In this document: positions 45,583 to 54,769 of the stretch, one piece after another
Layout: every line of letters begins with the position of its first letter
How positions within the stretch are numbered: position 1 is the stretch's first letter
NCBI GenBank assembly: GCA_944376795.1
Contig: CALWDW010000015.1
Coordinates: 2,127-66,126, forward strand
Direction: 5' to 3'
Source of the DNA: an uncultured Christensenellaceae bacterium
GTDB taxonomy: Bacteria; Bacillota; Clostridia; Christensenellales; UMGS416
Length of the DNA stretch: 64,000 bases
The notes under the pieces: model-generated
Seen by the model: the letters and a program-made list of their open reading frames with translations, nothing else
Database searches by the model: none
What the model was told of the DNA's origin: nothing
Translations under genes and position numbers: made by a program

Positions 45583-45611
45583 ATTATCCCGGATTTACCT
45601 GGGATTGTCAA
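45583..45611 (-). promoter_or_regulatory. Sigma70-like promoter of the DUF512-der-plsY operon
   Basis: On the - strand: TTGACA (45606-45611), a 17-nt spacer, then GATAAT (45583-45588). Confidence 0.5.
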
Positions 45612-45976
45612 GGTTTCCCGAGGCTTTTGCCCTCTGTCCTATTTTGTTTACAAAACAGTCAAAAATCCGGCAAGCGCAGAAAACGCTCGCCGGAAGCTGC
45701 CAGCCCCGTGCCCAACAGGGGAAGCCGAATGCCGTCCTTTGCCAAAGGCAAGGAAAAACTTGAAGGGGGGTTCGGGGAGATGGCTTCGAAAGAACCGCGT
45801 ATCTCCCCGGCCTGCCGTGAGGGAAGCCTTTGAAAGCCGGCGCTTTACCCGTCTTCGGCAAGCGCAGGAAACCGGTTCCGCCTTCCCCGCCTTAGGGATA
45901 TCCGCCGCCGGGCCTTTTCCTCCCGCTGGGGGAAACCGGTTCTTTCAGGAGTCCCCGGACGGGAAAGGCCGCGGCG

Positions 45977-47173
45977 CTATGTGTGCCCGCCGTCGTCCCG
46001 ATGATGGCCTGTTCCGGTTAATTCACGGAAAAAGCCGCCGGCCGTACCGCCTCCGTCCCTGGCGAAGAACAGGAAGTAGCCCACCCCCAGCACAGCCAGC
46101 ACGCCCAGGATCAGGGCAATGGAGCCCCAAGCGCCTCCGCCTCCTTCCCCTCCCGTATCCGTGCCGGTCTGGGAACCGCTGGGCGGCGTGGAGGTCACAG
46201 CTGGCGAGGCGCTGCCACGGGGAGCAGCCGTGGAGGTCCCGCCCGTGGCGCGCGGTGTCTCCCCGCCATCCGGAGCGGGCGTAGCCTGGCTCGTGGCGGC
46301 GCCCAGCACCTTGGCAATCACCTCCGCCAGGTAGGGGGTGCTGGCGATGGCCAGTTCCTTATCGATGGTATGCGTTCCCATCTCAAAGAGCACGGCCTGG
46401 GGCATCAGGTCTTGGTTGTAGGAACCCTTGCCGATATAAATATCCTTAATCAGCCCGGGATAGAGTTCATCGGCCACCGTCTTAATGGTCCAGGCAAAGG
46501 ACTCGTTAGCCTGGCTATTCTGGTTGCTGCGCCCCACCACCATGCGGACCCCGGAAACCGGTTCTCCCTCCACCTCCCGGGCGTATTCCTCGGGCGGCAC
46601 GCCGTCGCGATGCACATCGATCAGCATTACGGGGGCGGTTTCCTTCATCAGCTCCACGGCGGTCTGGCGGGAGCGGCGGTAGGCCCCGGCATCATGGGGC
46701 ATATGGTTGGTATCGTCCACGACGGTCTGGATTCCCTGCTCTTCCAGCGCCGCCCCCAGAGACTGGGCCACGTCCAAAATGCCGCCGTTTTCTTCACTCT
46801 CTACGCCGTCAGTAGGAATATAGGACTCGTCGGTATGGGTGCAATAAATGGCGACCCGAAGGTTGGATGCGGCCGTCTGGGCAGCGGTATATCCCGGCTC
46901 GGCAACCAGCTGCTCCACAAAGGCAGCCACGCCCTTCCGAGAGATGGTGTCCACCTCCACAATGCGATAGCGCTTGTTATCCTCGCTGATGTAGGAGTCA
47001 TCCACCGTCACCTCACCTGCGTGCATGAAGAGTATCGCGCCCTGGGTATCATACACAGTATAGTAACCCTGCGCATCGGCAAACCAGTCATCCGCCAACG
47101 CCGGCCCGGCAGGTATCCCCGTCGTCAGAATTAACATGGCCAGCAGGGCCGGCAGAACCTTCTTAATGGTCAT
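45977..47173 (-). CDS. SpoIIP-family protein (second paralogue) with a low-complexity linker and C-terminal TM segment
   Basis: 398 aa. It has a signal peptide and the SpoIIP motifs VAIYCTHTDESY and LIDVHRDG. The C-terminus has a T/P/G/S-rich stretch, then WGSIALILGVLAVLGVGYFLFF. Confidence 0.75.
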   Translation of the reverse strand: MTIKKVLPALLAMLILTTGIPAGPALADDWFADAQGYYTVYDTQGAILFMHAGEVTVDDSYISEDNKRYRIVEVDTISRKGVAAFVEQLVAEPGYTAAQTAASNLRVAIYCTHTDESYIPTDGVESEENGGILDVAQSLGAALEEQGIQTVVDDTNHMPHDAGAYRRSRQTAVELMKETAPVMLIDVHRDGVPPEEYAREVEGEPVSGVRMVVGRSNQNSQANESFAWTIKTVADELYPGLIKDIYIGKGSYNQDLMPQAVLFEMGTHTIDKELAIASTPYLAEVIAKVLGAATSQATPAPDGGETPRATGGTSTAAPRGSASPAVTSTPPSGSQTGTDTGGEGGGGAWGSIALILGVLAVLGVGYFLFFARDGGGTAGGFFRELTGTGHHRDDGGHT

Positions 47174-47837
47174 GGCCTTCCACCCCCTTTGTCGTATCCG
47201 TTACAAACTCGCCCTTTTCGTAGTGCTGGTGGGGATGGTCTCCTCCTCGGATGCGTTCCCAGAGTTCACCCACCGTTTCAGCCAGAATCACAGCCAGCAG
47301 GCCGGAAATCACCACGGCATCCAGTACGCCTCCGGTTCCAAGCCGGATCGGCACGTCGTAGCCGCTGGCCCGTGTCAGGATGCCCTGGGTCACGTCCGCC
47401 AGGATCACCCCCAGCACGCCGGCAATAAACGCCGCGCGGCGCGACCGTCCCAGCAGATAGGCAATCGCCCCTGCCGCCAAGCCGTAGAGATAGTTGATAT
47501 CAAAAAACATGTTCTCCGGTTCGGCAGGCAGATAGCGCCCCAGCAGGAAAATCACCGTCCCCGACGCCACAGCGGCTATAAGAGCGCGGACCCTCTCCCA
47601 CGCCGTATCGGCTTTGACTAAGAGCATGATGCATAGGATCAGCGGAACCACCGCGCCGCCTAAGTTGACCGATACAGGGCCCAGGGGAATATCCGGAATC
47701 CATCCGCCCACCAAAATGGCGGCTACAAAGAGCAGTGCCTGCCGGTCGGTGAGCCGCATCCGATCCAAAACCCGCTGGGCCGCGCCAAAGAGGATCAGCA
47801 GCCCTACGGCCAACAGCAGTATGAAACCTATGGACAT
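47163..47837 (-). CDS. DUF1614 family membrane protein
   Basis: 224 aa and polytopic. LFGAAQRVLDRMRLTDRQALLFV...VNLGGAVVPL matches my recollection of DUF1614. Confidence 0.75.
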   Translation of the reverse strand: MSIGFILLLAVGLLILFGAAQRVLDRMRLTDRQALLFVAAILVGGWIPDIPLGPVSVNLGGAVVPLILCIMLLVKADTAWERVRALIAAVASGTVIFLLGRYLPAEPENMFFDINYLYGLAAGAIAYLLGRSRRAAFIAGVLGVILADVTQGILTRASGYDVPIRLGTGGVLDAVVISGLLAVILAETVGELWERIRGGDHPHQHYEKGEFVTDTTKGVEGHDH

Positions 47838-47964
47838 TCTACACCTCCCAATTCATCTACCGCTATTGTCCCAAACGCAGCCCATTCTATACAGAGACCG
47901 CCGCCGTGACTATCTTTCCTCCTCCGCGCATATACTGCATCATCACGCAGAGGAGGCGCACGCC

Positions 47965-48225
47965 ATGGCTTCGCAGACCGATATCCGGCAAAAAGAAATC
48001 ATCAATATCACCGATGGCCGCCGTATGGGCGCGGTGGTGGACATGGAGTTCACCCAAGACGGACACATCCGCACCCTCACGGTCCCTGGGCCCTTCCGCA
48101 TCAAGGACCTGTTCAAAGGGGAAAAGGGCGGCATCGTCATCCCCTGGGAAAAGGTCCGCTCCATCGGGGTGGACGTAATTCTGGTGGAGCTGGATCCTCA
48201 GGCGCTCCGCAGCGCCAGGGGCTAG
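47965..48225 (+). CDS. YlmC/YmxH family sporulation protein (PRC-barrel)
   Basis: The internal ATG at 47965 lies 8 nt after GGAGG. 86 aa. KEIINITDGRRMGAVVDMEF...PWEKVRSIGVDVILVE is typical. Confidence 0.8.
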   Translation: MASQTDIRQKEIINITDGRRMGAVVDMEFTQDGHIRTLTVPGPFRIKDLFKGEKGGIVIPWEKVRSIGVDVILVELDPQALRSARG

Positions 48226-48283
48226 ACACTCTTCCTGCTTCATGGTATACTAAGCTGTCAGTATGCCAAAGCGAGGGAATAGT

Positions 48284-48736
48284 ATGCGGTGTATTTATTG
48301 CAATCATACCGAAAGTAAGGTGGTGGATTCCCGTCCCACCGAGGACGGCATGGCCATCCGCCGCCGCCGGGAATGCACCCAGTGCGGCAAACGCTTCACC
48401 ACCTATGAAAAGATTGAGAATCCCATGGTGATGGTGGTTAAGAAGGACGGCCGGCGCGAGCCCTTCGACGGGCAGAAAATCAAAAACGGCCTCATGCGGG
48501 CCTGTGAGAAGCGCCCCATTCCCATGACCGATATCGACCGCATCGTGGCGGAAGTGGAGAAAATGATGTACAATACCCTGGACCAGGAGATCACCTCCGC
48601 CCAGATCGGCGAAATGGTCATGATGAAGCTCAAGGATCTGGATCAGGTGGCCTATGTGCGCTTCGCTTCGGTGTACCGCCAGTTCCGGGATCTGAACACT
48701 TTCATCGCGGAACTGAACCAGCTTCTGGATTCCTAG
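48284..48736 (+). CDS. nrdR: Transcriptional repressor NrdR
   Basis: MRCIYCNHTESKVVDSRPTEDGMAIRRRRECTQCGKRFTTYE contains the zinc ribbon, followed by an ATP-cone. 150 aa. Confidence 0.93.
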   Translation: MRCIYCNHTESKVVDSRPTEDGMAIRRRRECTQCGKRFTTYEKIENPMVMVVKKDGRREPFDGQKIKNGLMRACEKRPIPMTDIDRIVAEVEKMMYNTLDQEITSAQIGEMVMMKLKDLDQVAYVRFASVYRQFRDLNTFIAELNQLLDS

Positions 48737-48748
48737 GAGGGCGGCGCC

Positions 48749-49555
48749 ATGTTTGCCTTTGTGCCGGGGGACGTCCCCTATTACCGTATTCCCCTGCTGG
48801 AAGACACCGGCCTGGTGCAGGCGGTGTTTACCACGCGACTGGGAGGCGTCAGTCCCGCCCCCTACGCCAGCCTCAACCTCTCCTGGAACCGGGGCGACGA
48901 CCCCTCCCATACCCAGGCCAACTACCTGCGAATCTGCCAGGCCTTGGGCTGGGATCCCCAGCAGGTGGCCCAGTGCCACGCCGTCCACGGGACCCAGGTG
49001 CTGGAAGCCAGTGAAGCGGATACCGGTCGCATTCTGGCCCCCGACCATAGCCCGGCCCGGGAAGGCGATGGGTTTATGACCCACCGGAAGGGGCTGATCC
49101 TGCGGCAGACCTTTGCCGACTGTGTCCCCATCTTCCTTTTGGATCCGGCGTATCCCGCCATTGCCATGCTCCATGCCGGCTGGCGGGGCACCGTGGCCGG
49201 TATGGCCGCCCAGGGCGTCCGCGCCTTGGTTCAGCGCTACGGTTCCCGCCCGGAGAACATCCTCGCCGCCATTGGTCCTTCCATCCACAGCTGCTGCTTC
49301 GCCATCCGGGAGGACGTGGCCGGCCCCCTGGAACGGGCCTTTCCCGGCGAAGGGCTGGTCCGTCAGGAGAAAGACGGCCGCCTCTACGGCGATCTGCAGC
49401 GCTGCAATTTCCTCTATCTCCGCGCCCAGGGCGTGCTGCCCCATCATATCGTCTCCAGCGGCCTGTGCACCGCCTGCCATACGGAGACCTTCTTCTCCCA
49501 TCGGGCGGAGCAGGGCCGCTGCGGCACCATGGCCGGTATGATCACATTGATTTAA
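48749..49555 (+). CDS. pgeF: Peptidoglycan editing factor PgeF (YfiH/laccase-domain family)
   Basis: 268 aa. It has the DCVPI, HAGWRG and C..C..FFSHR motifs of the family. Confidence 0.88.
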   Translation: MFAFVPGDVPYYRIPLLEDTGLVQAVFTTRLGGVSPAPYASLNLSWNRGDDPSHTQANYLRICQALGWDPQQVAQCHAVHGTQVLEASEADTGRILAPDHSPAREGDGFMTHRKGLILRQTFADCVPIFLLDPAYPAIAMLHAGWRGTVAGMAAQGVRALVQRYGSRPENILAAIGPSIHSCCFAIREDVAGPLERAFPGEGLVRQEKDGRLYGDLQRCNFLYLRAQGVLPHHIVSSGLCTACHTETFFSHRAEQGRCGTMAGMITLI

Positions 49556-49649
49556 GCCCCAGCATTTTTGAAACCATGCAGCAAACAGCCCGCCGTGAGA
49601 ACCTTTCGGTTCCCGCGGCGGGCTGTTTTTCTATGGTAGGCAGACCGGA

Positions 49650-52088
49650 CTAGGCGCCAATGTTATAGACACTGCGCACCCGAAGCTCCTGCGGCTCCCC
49701 GGCCAGCAGCTTCACCCGGACTTCTCCGGCGTTCATGTCAAAGTAGTTGTCCGACAGCTTCAGGTCGGCATCGGGGCTCATGATCTCCACCCCCTTGGCG
49801 TAGGCCCGGGCGGTCACCACGATCTCGTCCCCCTCCCGGCGCACCGTAAGCTTGGGATCGGCAAAACGGAAATGCTTGGGCGGGCAGAAGAGCACCGTCC
49901 CCCCGGAAACCCGGGTGTCCCCCTCGTACATCTCATAGCTGACGTAGTTGTCAAAAAGCCCGGCCTCGGGAAGCTCTACCTTCTCCAGGAAGCGGCTGGA
50001 CAGGGCAGGGACGGTCACCATCTCTTCTCCCCGCTTCAGCACCTCCGACTGAGGATTCCGCAGCGTCCAAACCACCCGGCGGGTCACCCCCGCCATGGTC
50101 TCGTTGGCCACGTTCAGCCGGATGCTCTTTTTCACCACATAGGGCTCGGCGTTCACATCGGTATCTTGGGTCAGGATCCCCTCCTCCTCGCAGGAGAGCA
50201 GCACCGGGGCAAAGAAGCGCTTGGCGGCGTAGTGCAGGGCCTTCCACCGGCCAAAGTAGTCAATGCTGGACCAGGAAGCCACCGGCCAGCAGTCATTGAG
50301 CTGCCAATAGATGGCCCCCATGCAGCGGCCGCGGTTCCTCCGCCAGTGCTCCACACCGTAGCGGATGGCGTCGGCCTGCAGAAGTTGGGAGGTGTAGAGC
50401 AGGTGATCAAAGTCCTTGGGATAGAGGTAGTTGGCCGCGACATAGGTCATGATCTTCCCGTTGGCGGCGTCATTGCGCTGGTGCCGCTCCATGATGTAGG
50501 AGAAGACATTGCGGTCCTCCGGCAGGGTGAAGGACTCCACCGTCTTCAAACAGGGGAAGGACTGGAAGCCAAACTCCGAGGCGTACCGGAAGAAATACTT
50601 CCGATATGCGGTAAAGGGCAGTCCGCCGTGCCAAACCTCCCAGTAGTGGACGTCGCCGCGGTCGGGGGCGTTGGGCTCGTCAAAGCCGCCGCCGCAGGAG
50701 GGGCTGGCCGGCCAATAAAAGGTCGCGGGATCATACTCCAGCAGCACACTGGGGATGAGGTACTCATACATCCGGATGTAGTCGGCCTTCTGCTTCGGGG
50801 AGGAGACCCACTCGCCCTGGTCCACGAACATCTCCATTTCGTTATTGCCGCACCACAGGCCCAGGGAGGCATGGTGCCGCAGCCGGGTCACGTTGTCAAT
50901 GACCTCCTGCCGGATATTCTCGGCAAACTCCCGGGTGAGCTCGTAGACCGCGCAGGCAAACATAAAGTCCTGCCAGACGATCAGCCCCAGCTCATCGCAG
51001 ATGTCATAGAAGAAATCATGGGGGTAGAATCCCCCGCCCCAGACCCGGATCGCATTCATATTGACGGCAACGCACTGCTCCAGCAGGGCGCGGGTGCGCT
51101 CCGGCGTAATGCGGGAGAGAATATTGTCCTCGGGAATGTAGTCCGCACCCATGGCGAAAATCTTCACCCCATTGACCACGTGGCAGAACTCGCTGCCATA
51201 GGCATCCTTCTGGGTGCTCATGGTCATGGTACGCAGGCCGATGCGGCGCTCCCACACGTCGATAACCTCTTCCCCGTCCCGGAGTTCCACCCGGACGGTA
51301 TAGAGCGGCTGCTCCCCATAACCATGGGGCCACCAGAGCATGGGATCGGGGATCTCCACATCCCCCATCTCATCCCCGGCATAGACCTTTCCCGTGGGGG
51401 AGACGGCCTCTACCGTGCAGGTTACGCCCTCCATGTCCCCTTCGCCAAAGTCCTCCACCTGGATATCGGTATGCAGCGTCACCTTCCCCCCGGCATGCTC
51501 CTGGGTCACATAGACGCTCTGGAGGCGGTACTGCTCCAGCCCCAGCAGGGAGATGTCCCGCCAAATCCCCGCGTCCGGGAGCCGGGGACCCCAATCCCAG
51601 CCAAACATGCAGTGGGCCTTCCGCAGATGGGGGAAGCCTACCATGGCGTCGCAGGATCCCTCCGCCTTACAGGCGGCATAGGCCTTCTTGATGAAGCGTG
51701 TCGGCGAGCGAAACACAATGGTCAGGGTATTCTCCCCGGCCTGGATCAGGGAGGATACGTCAAACTCCCAGATCCGGTGCATGTTCTCGCAGTGACCCAG
51801 TTCCTCCCCGTTGAGGGTCAGGTCGGCTACGGTGTCCAAGCCTTCGCACCGCAGGAGAATCACATTCTGATCCAGCATTTCATCGGATACGGTGAAGCTG
51901 CGGGTGTAGGTGAAGTCCTGGTCCATCAGGGCCAGGGCAGCATCCTCATTGTCTCGCCAATAGGGATCTTCCATGCGTCCGGCGGCCAGTAGGTCATTGT
52001 AGACCGAGCCGGGAACGGTGGCGGGAATGGGTTGGGGCTCCCCCGCCATGTGCAGCTGCCATGCGCCGTTCAGCGTTTCCTTTATCAT
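49650..52088 (-). CDS. Glycoside hydrolase family 2 beta-mannosidase
   Basis: 812 aa. The N-terminus is LNGAWQL...VPGSVYNDLLAAGRMEDPYWRDNE. The catalytic region is WCGNNE with the downstream nucleophile-region context. There is no signal peptide. Confidence 0.88.
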   Translation of the reverse strand: MIKETLNGAWQLHMAGEPQPIPATVPGSVYNDLLAAGRMEDPYWRDNEDAALALMDQDFTYTRSFTVSDEMLDQNVILLRCEGLDTVADLTLNGEELGHCENMHRIWEFDVSSLIQAGENTLTIVFRSPTRFIKKAYAACKAEGSCDAMVGFPHLRKAHCMFGWDWGPRLPDAGIWRDISLLGLEQYRLQSVYVTQEHAGGKVTLHTDIQVEDFGEGDMEGVTCTVEAVSPTGKVYAGDEMGDVEIPDPMLWWPHGYGEQPLYTVRVELRDGEEVIDVWERRIGLRTMTMSTQKDAYGSEFCHVVNGVKIFAMGADYIPEDNILSRITPERTRALLEQCVAVNMNAIRVWGGGFYPHDFFYDICDELGLIVWQDFMFACAVYELTREFAENIRQEVIDNVTRLRHHASLGLWCGNNEMEMFVDQGEWVSSPKQKADYIRMYEYLIPSVLLEYDPATFYWPASPSCGGGFDEPNAPDRGDVHYWEVWHGGLPFTAYRKYFFRYASEFGFQSFPCLKTVESFTLPEDRNVFSYIMERHQRNDAANGKIMTYVAANYLYPKDFDHLLYTSQLLQADAIRYGVEHWRRNRGRCMGAIYWQLNDCWPVASWSSIDYFGRWKALHYAAKRFFAPVLLSCEEEGILTQDTDVNAEPYVVKKSIRLNVANETMAGVTRRVVWTLRNPQSEVLKRGEEMVTVPALSSRFLEKVELPEAGLFDNYVSYEMYEGDTRVSGGTVLFCPPKHFRFADPKLTVRREGDEIVVTARAYAKGVEIMSPDADLKLSDNYFDMNAGEVRVKLLAGEPQELRVRSVYNIGA

Positions 52089-52301
52089 CGTATATCACTC
52101 CATAGGGCCGCGGCCCGTATTTCTACCGCTAACGCTACCAGATTTCCGCAGCGAATGCAAGAGGATTCCTGTTTCCTTCCCCGCCGCAGCCGATAAATTC
52201 TCCGGAGGCAAGTTGTTTTTTCCCAATCCATGTGCTATAGTGAAAACGCTTGCAAAAACCGCCGCGCCCGGCGCGGACAGCATAGAACAGGGGGATAGAG
52301 A

Positions 52302-52865
52302 ATGGATAAGTTTTACGAAATCGACGTCAAAGGCGTACGCCGCCAGCTGCCGCTGTGCAAGGTCTCCGATGACCTGTATATCGGCGCCTTCGTGATCTTC
52401 GGCGATGTGGAGATGACGGTCAACGCCGCCGCCGAGCTGCTGAAAATCGCGCCCAAGCACGACATCATGATCACCGCCGAGTCCAAGGGAATTCCCCTGG
52501 TCTACGAAATGGCCCGCCAGTCGGGAGAAAGCACCTATCTCATCGCCCGCAAGGCTCCCAAACTCTATATGAAGTCCCCGGTCTCCACCGAGGTGACCTC
52601 CATCACCACAGCCAAGAAGCAGATGCTCTACGTCGACAGCGATGACATTGCCAAGATGAAGGGCAAACGCGTGTTGATCATCGACGACGTCATCAGCACC
52701 GGCGAAAGCCTCCGGGCCGTAGAGAAGCTGGTAAAGCAGTCGGGCGGGGAAATTGTGGGCCGCATGGCCATTCTGGCCGAGGGCGACGCCAAGTACCGCG
52801 ACGACATCCAGTACCTCCAGTACCTGCCCCTCTTCAATGCCGACGGCACCCCTAAGGACGCCTAA
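52302..52865 (+). CDS. Phosphoribosyltransferase family protein (adenine PRTase-like)
   Basis: 187 aa. The PRPP-binding loop is VLIIDDVISTGES. Confidence 0.8.
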   Translation: MDKFYEIDVKGVRRQLPLCKVSDDLYIGAFVIFGDVEMTVNAAAELLKIAPKHDIMITAESKGIPLVYEMARQSGESTYLIARKAPKLYMKSPVSTEVTSITTAKKQMLYVDSDDIAKMKGKRVLIIDDVISTGESLRAVEKLVKQSGGEIVGRMAILAEGDAKYRDDIQYLQYLPLFNADGTPKDA

Positions 52866-52941
52866 GCCGCCGCTCCCAAAGCAAAGCTCCCCCGCCGCAG
52901 CCCATGTGCCTCCGGCAGAGGAGCTTTTTCTGTGAATCCTG

Positions 52942-53796
52942 TCACTCCGGAAGCTGCGCCAGGTATTCCTCCAGGCAGAGACCGTTCTCCATGATGTATC
53001 CCGCCACCTCCGGCGACCCCACGTAGCGGAAGTGCCAGGGCTCGTAGACCACCCCGGTTACCGACTCCTTGTCCGCGGGATACCGCAAAATGAAGCCGTA
53101 TGCCGCACAGTGGCGCAGCAGCCAGATCCCCTGGACCGTGGCGGCAAAGTCCTCCTCCAGGGACTCGTAGCCCTGGATGGTCAGATCCACCGCCAGGCCT
53201 GTGGCGTGCTCGCTCACATAGGGCGGCATCACCGCCACAGGATGGGCATAGGGGTCATCGGCATAGTGGGGATCCTGCTCCAGCTTGCGTTCGTACAGCC
53301 GGCGCTGGTAGTCATGATCCCGATAGCCACTGCTGAGGATCCAGCCGTCCACGCCCTCGTCCCGGGCTGCCTCCAGCATATCCGCCAGCGCGGCAGCGCA
53401 TCGGGCGTCCAGCCAAATGCCTTCCCGCGCCACCGTCAGCACCCCGGCCAGCGCCGTGTCGGCGCATACCATTCCTCCAGGGATGACGTCAGGGCACGGG
53501 TTCTCAAAGTTCACCAAAATCAGCGGATCCATAGGTTCTCCTTCCACAGCGGACGGCAGAGCGGACGCAGAGGCCGCAGCCGATTCTCCGGGGGACGGCA
53601 GAGCGGACGCAGAGGCCGCAGCCGATTCTCCGGGGGGCATGGTTCCGGCAGCAGGTACGGCCGCTCCATGTTCCCGGTGCAGGAGCGCGTACACAATGCC
53701 GGCCAATAGGGCGGCGGACAGGAGCAGAAGCGCTCCGGCGCACCGCCATAAGGATCGGTTCGTATCCCGTGGCCCTCTCTTTGCGTAAAAAGTCAT
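52942..53796 (-). CDS. M15 family D-Ala-D-Ala carboxypeptidase (VanY-like), membrane-anchored
   Basis: The start was chosen at the ATG at 53796, 6-7 nt after GGAGGTG. It has an N-terminal TM segment. The catalytic region is SGYRDHDYQRRLY...SEHATGLAVDL...EPWHFRYVG (zinc ligands H-D-H). Confidence 0.85.
   Translation of the reverse strand: MTFYAKRGPRDTNRSLWRCAGALLLLSAALLAGIVYALLHREHGAAVPAAGTMPPGESAAASASALPSPGESAAASASALPSAVEGEPMDPLILVNFENPCPDVIPGGMVCADTALAGVLTVAREGIWLDARCAAALADMLEAARDEGVDGWILSSGYRDHDYQRRLYERKLEQDPHYADDPYAHPVAVMPPYVSEHATGLAVDLTIQGYESLEEDFAATVQGIWLLRHCAAYGFILRYPADKESVTGVVYEPWHFRYVGSPEVAGYIMENGLCLEEYLAQLPE
53551..53634. repeat. Perfect 2 x 42-bp tandem duplication inside the VanY-like gene
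   Basis: Positions 53551-53592 are identical to 53593-53634. In frame, this duplicates the 14-aa unit PGESAAASASALPS in the linker between the TM anchor and the catalytic domain. Confidence 0.95.
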
Positions 53797-53884
53797 ATGC
53801 ATCACCTCCGCGGACAAGCTTACGCCCGCTCTGTACCCAAGCCGTATCCTCCATGTATCCAGTTTGCATACAATGCCCAGGACG

Positions 53885-54769
53885 TTATTCCCCGTACGCC
53901 GCCTCCTCCGGTATGGGCGTAACATCCGGTTCCACCGTAGGAAGTGCCTCCTGCCGGGCGGGCCCGGGAAGCACAGACAACTGCAGCAGGGCGTCCGCCA
54001 CGTACTCGACCCGAATCCCCACCTGCCCCTCCAGCACATAGCTTGTCCCACTATAGGTATCCCCGTAGCCCGACGCCTCCTGATCCCGGCCGGTAATGGG
54101 GCCCAGGCCGTAAAGCTGGGCATATCCTTCCGCCATGGTCCAGGGCTCGGCCTGCCACAGGAGATCCCTCCAATCCAGCCCGATTCCCACCTGGTCCAAG
54201 ACGGCCTGGACCGACACAGGATCAGCAAACTCCAAGCCATAAATGCACCCCGTATCCAGATCCAGCATCACGCGAAGCAGCAGAACCCCCTTGTCCTGGG
54301 CAACCAGCTCCAGGACATAGACGCTCATGGGATACGGCGTTTCCCGATCGTAGTCAATGGCCGCCAAGGGATAAATGTTGTAAGTAAACGCATCAAGTAT
54401 CTCCTCATACAGCCGGATGTCCAGGCCCACCGGAAGAAGCCCTGCCTCCATCCAGCGGCCCAGCTCCTGCAGCGCCATGCTGGCCACCTCGGGATACTCC
54501 TGCTGTCCTTCCCGCAGCGCGGATTCCTCGTACCAATAGGGGATCTCGAAGAACCTGTCCATAAGACGGGTAAAGGCCAGGATCTGATCGGCATATGTGG
54601 GCTCGTAGATAAAGGCCTCCGGCTCCGCCGCTTCCGTCGCATGGACCGTGCCCAGATAGGAGTCATCCCAATGCCGTGCAGCCACCGGCGGCAGAAACAG
54701 CGCCGCGGCCACCAGGCCCCCACAGAGCACGCACGCCAGGATACAGCCCAAAACGGTTCTCCACCTCAT
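53885..54769 (-). CDS. Hypothetical membrane-anchored protein, translationally coupled to the kinase
   Basis: 294 aa. It has an N-terminal TM segment (VLGCILACVLCGGLVAAALFL) and an acidic, aromatic-rich extracytoplasmic part. I recognise no family. The ATG overlaps the kinase stop. Confidence 0.6.
   Translation of the reverse strand: MRWRTVLGCILACVLCGGLVAAALFLPPVAARHWDDSYLGTVHATEAAEPEAFIYEPTYADQILAFTRLMDRFFEIPYWYEESALREGQQEYPEVASMALQELGRWMEAGLLPVGLDIRLYEEILDAFTYNIYPLAAIDYDRETPYPMSVYVLELVAQDKGVLLLRVMLDLDTGCIYGLEFADPVSVQAVLDQVGIGLDWRDLLWQAEPWTMAEGYAQLYGLGPITGRDQEASGYGDTYSGTSYVLEGQVGIRVEYVADALLQLSVLPGPARQEALPTVEPDVTPIPEEAAYGE

Noticed and set aside
48137-49501. A 454-aa - strand ORF.
   Set aside because: It is antisense to nrdR and pgeF and is a GC-driven shadow ORF.
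49872-51992. A 706-aa + strand ORF.
   Set aside because: It is antisense to the GH2 beta-mannosidase and is a GC-driven shadow ORF.
52089-52301. A possible purine riboswitch upstream of the PRTase gene.
   Set aside because: I could not find the conserved purine-riboswitch junction and loop sequences. Only a promoter-like TTGTTT-17-TATAGT and a GC-rich palindrome are present.
53551-53634. Direct repeats considered as a possible mini-CRISPR or array.
   Set aside because: There are only two abutting copies with no spacers, and they are in frame within a CDS. This is a simple tandem duplication.
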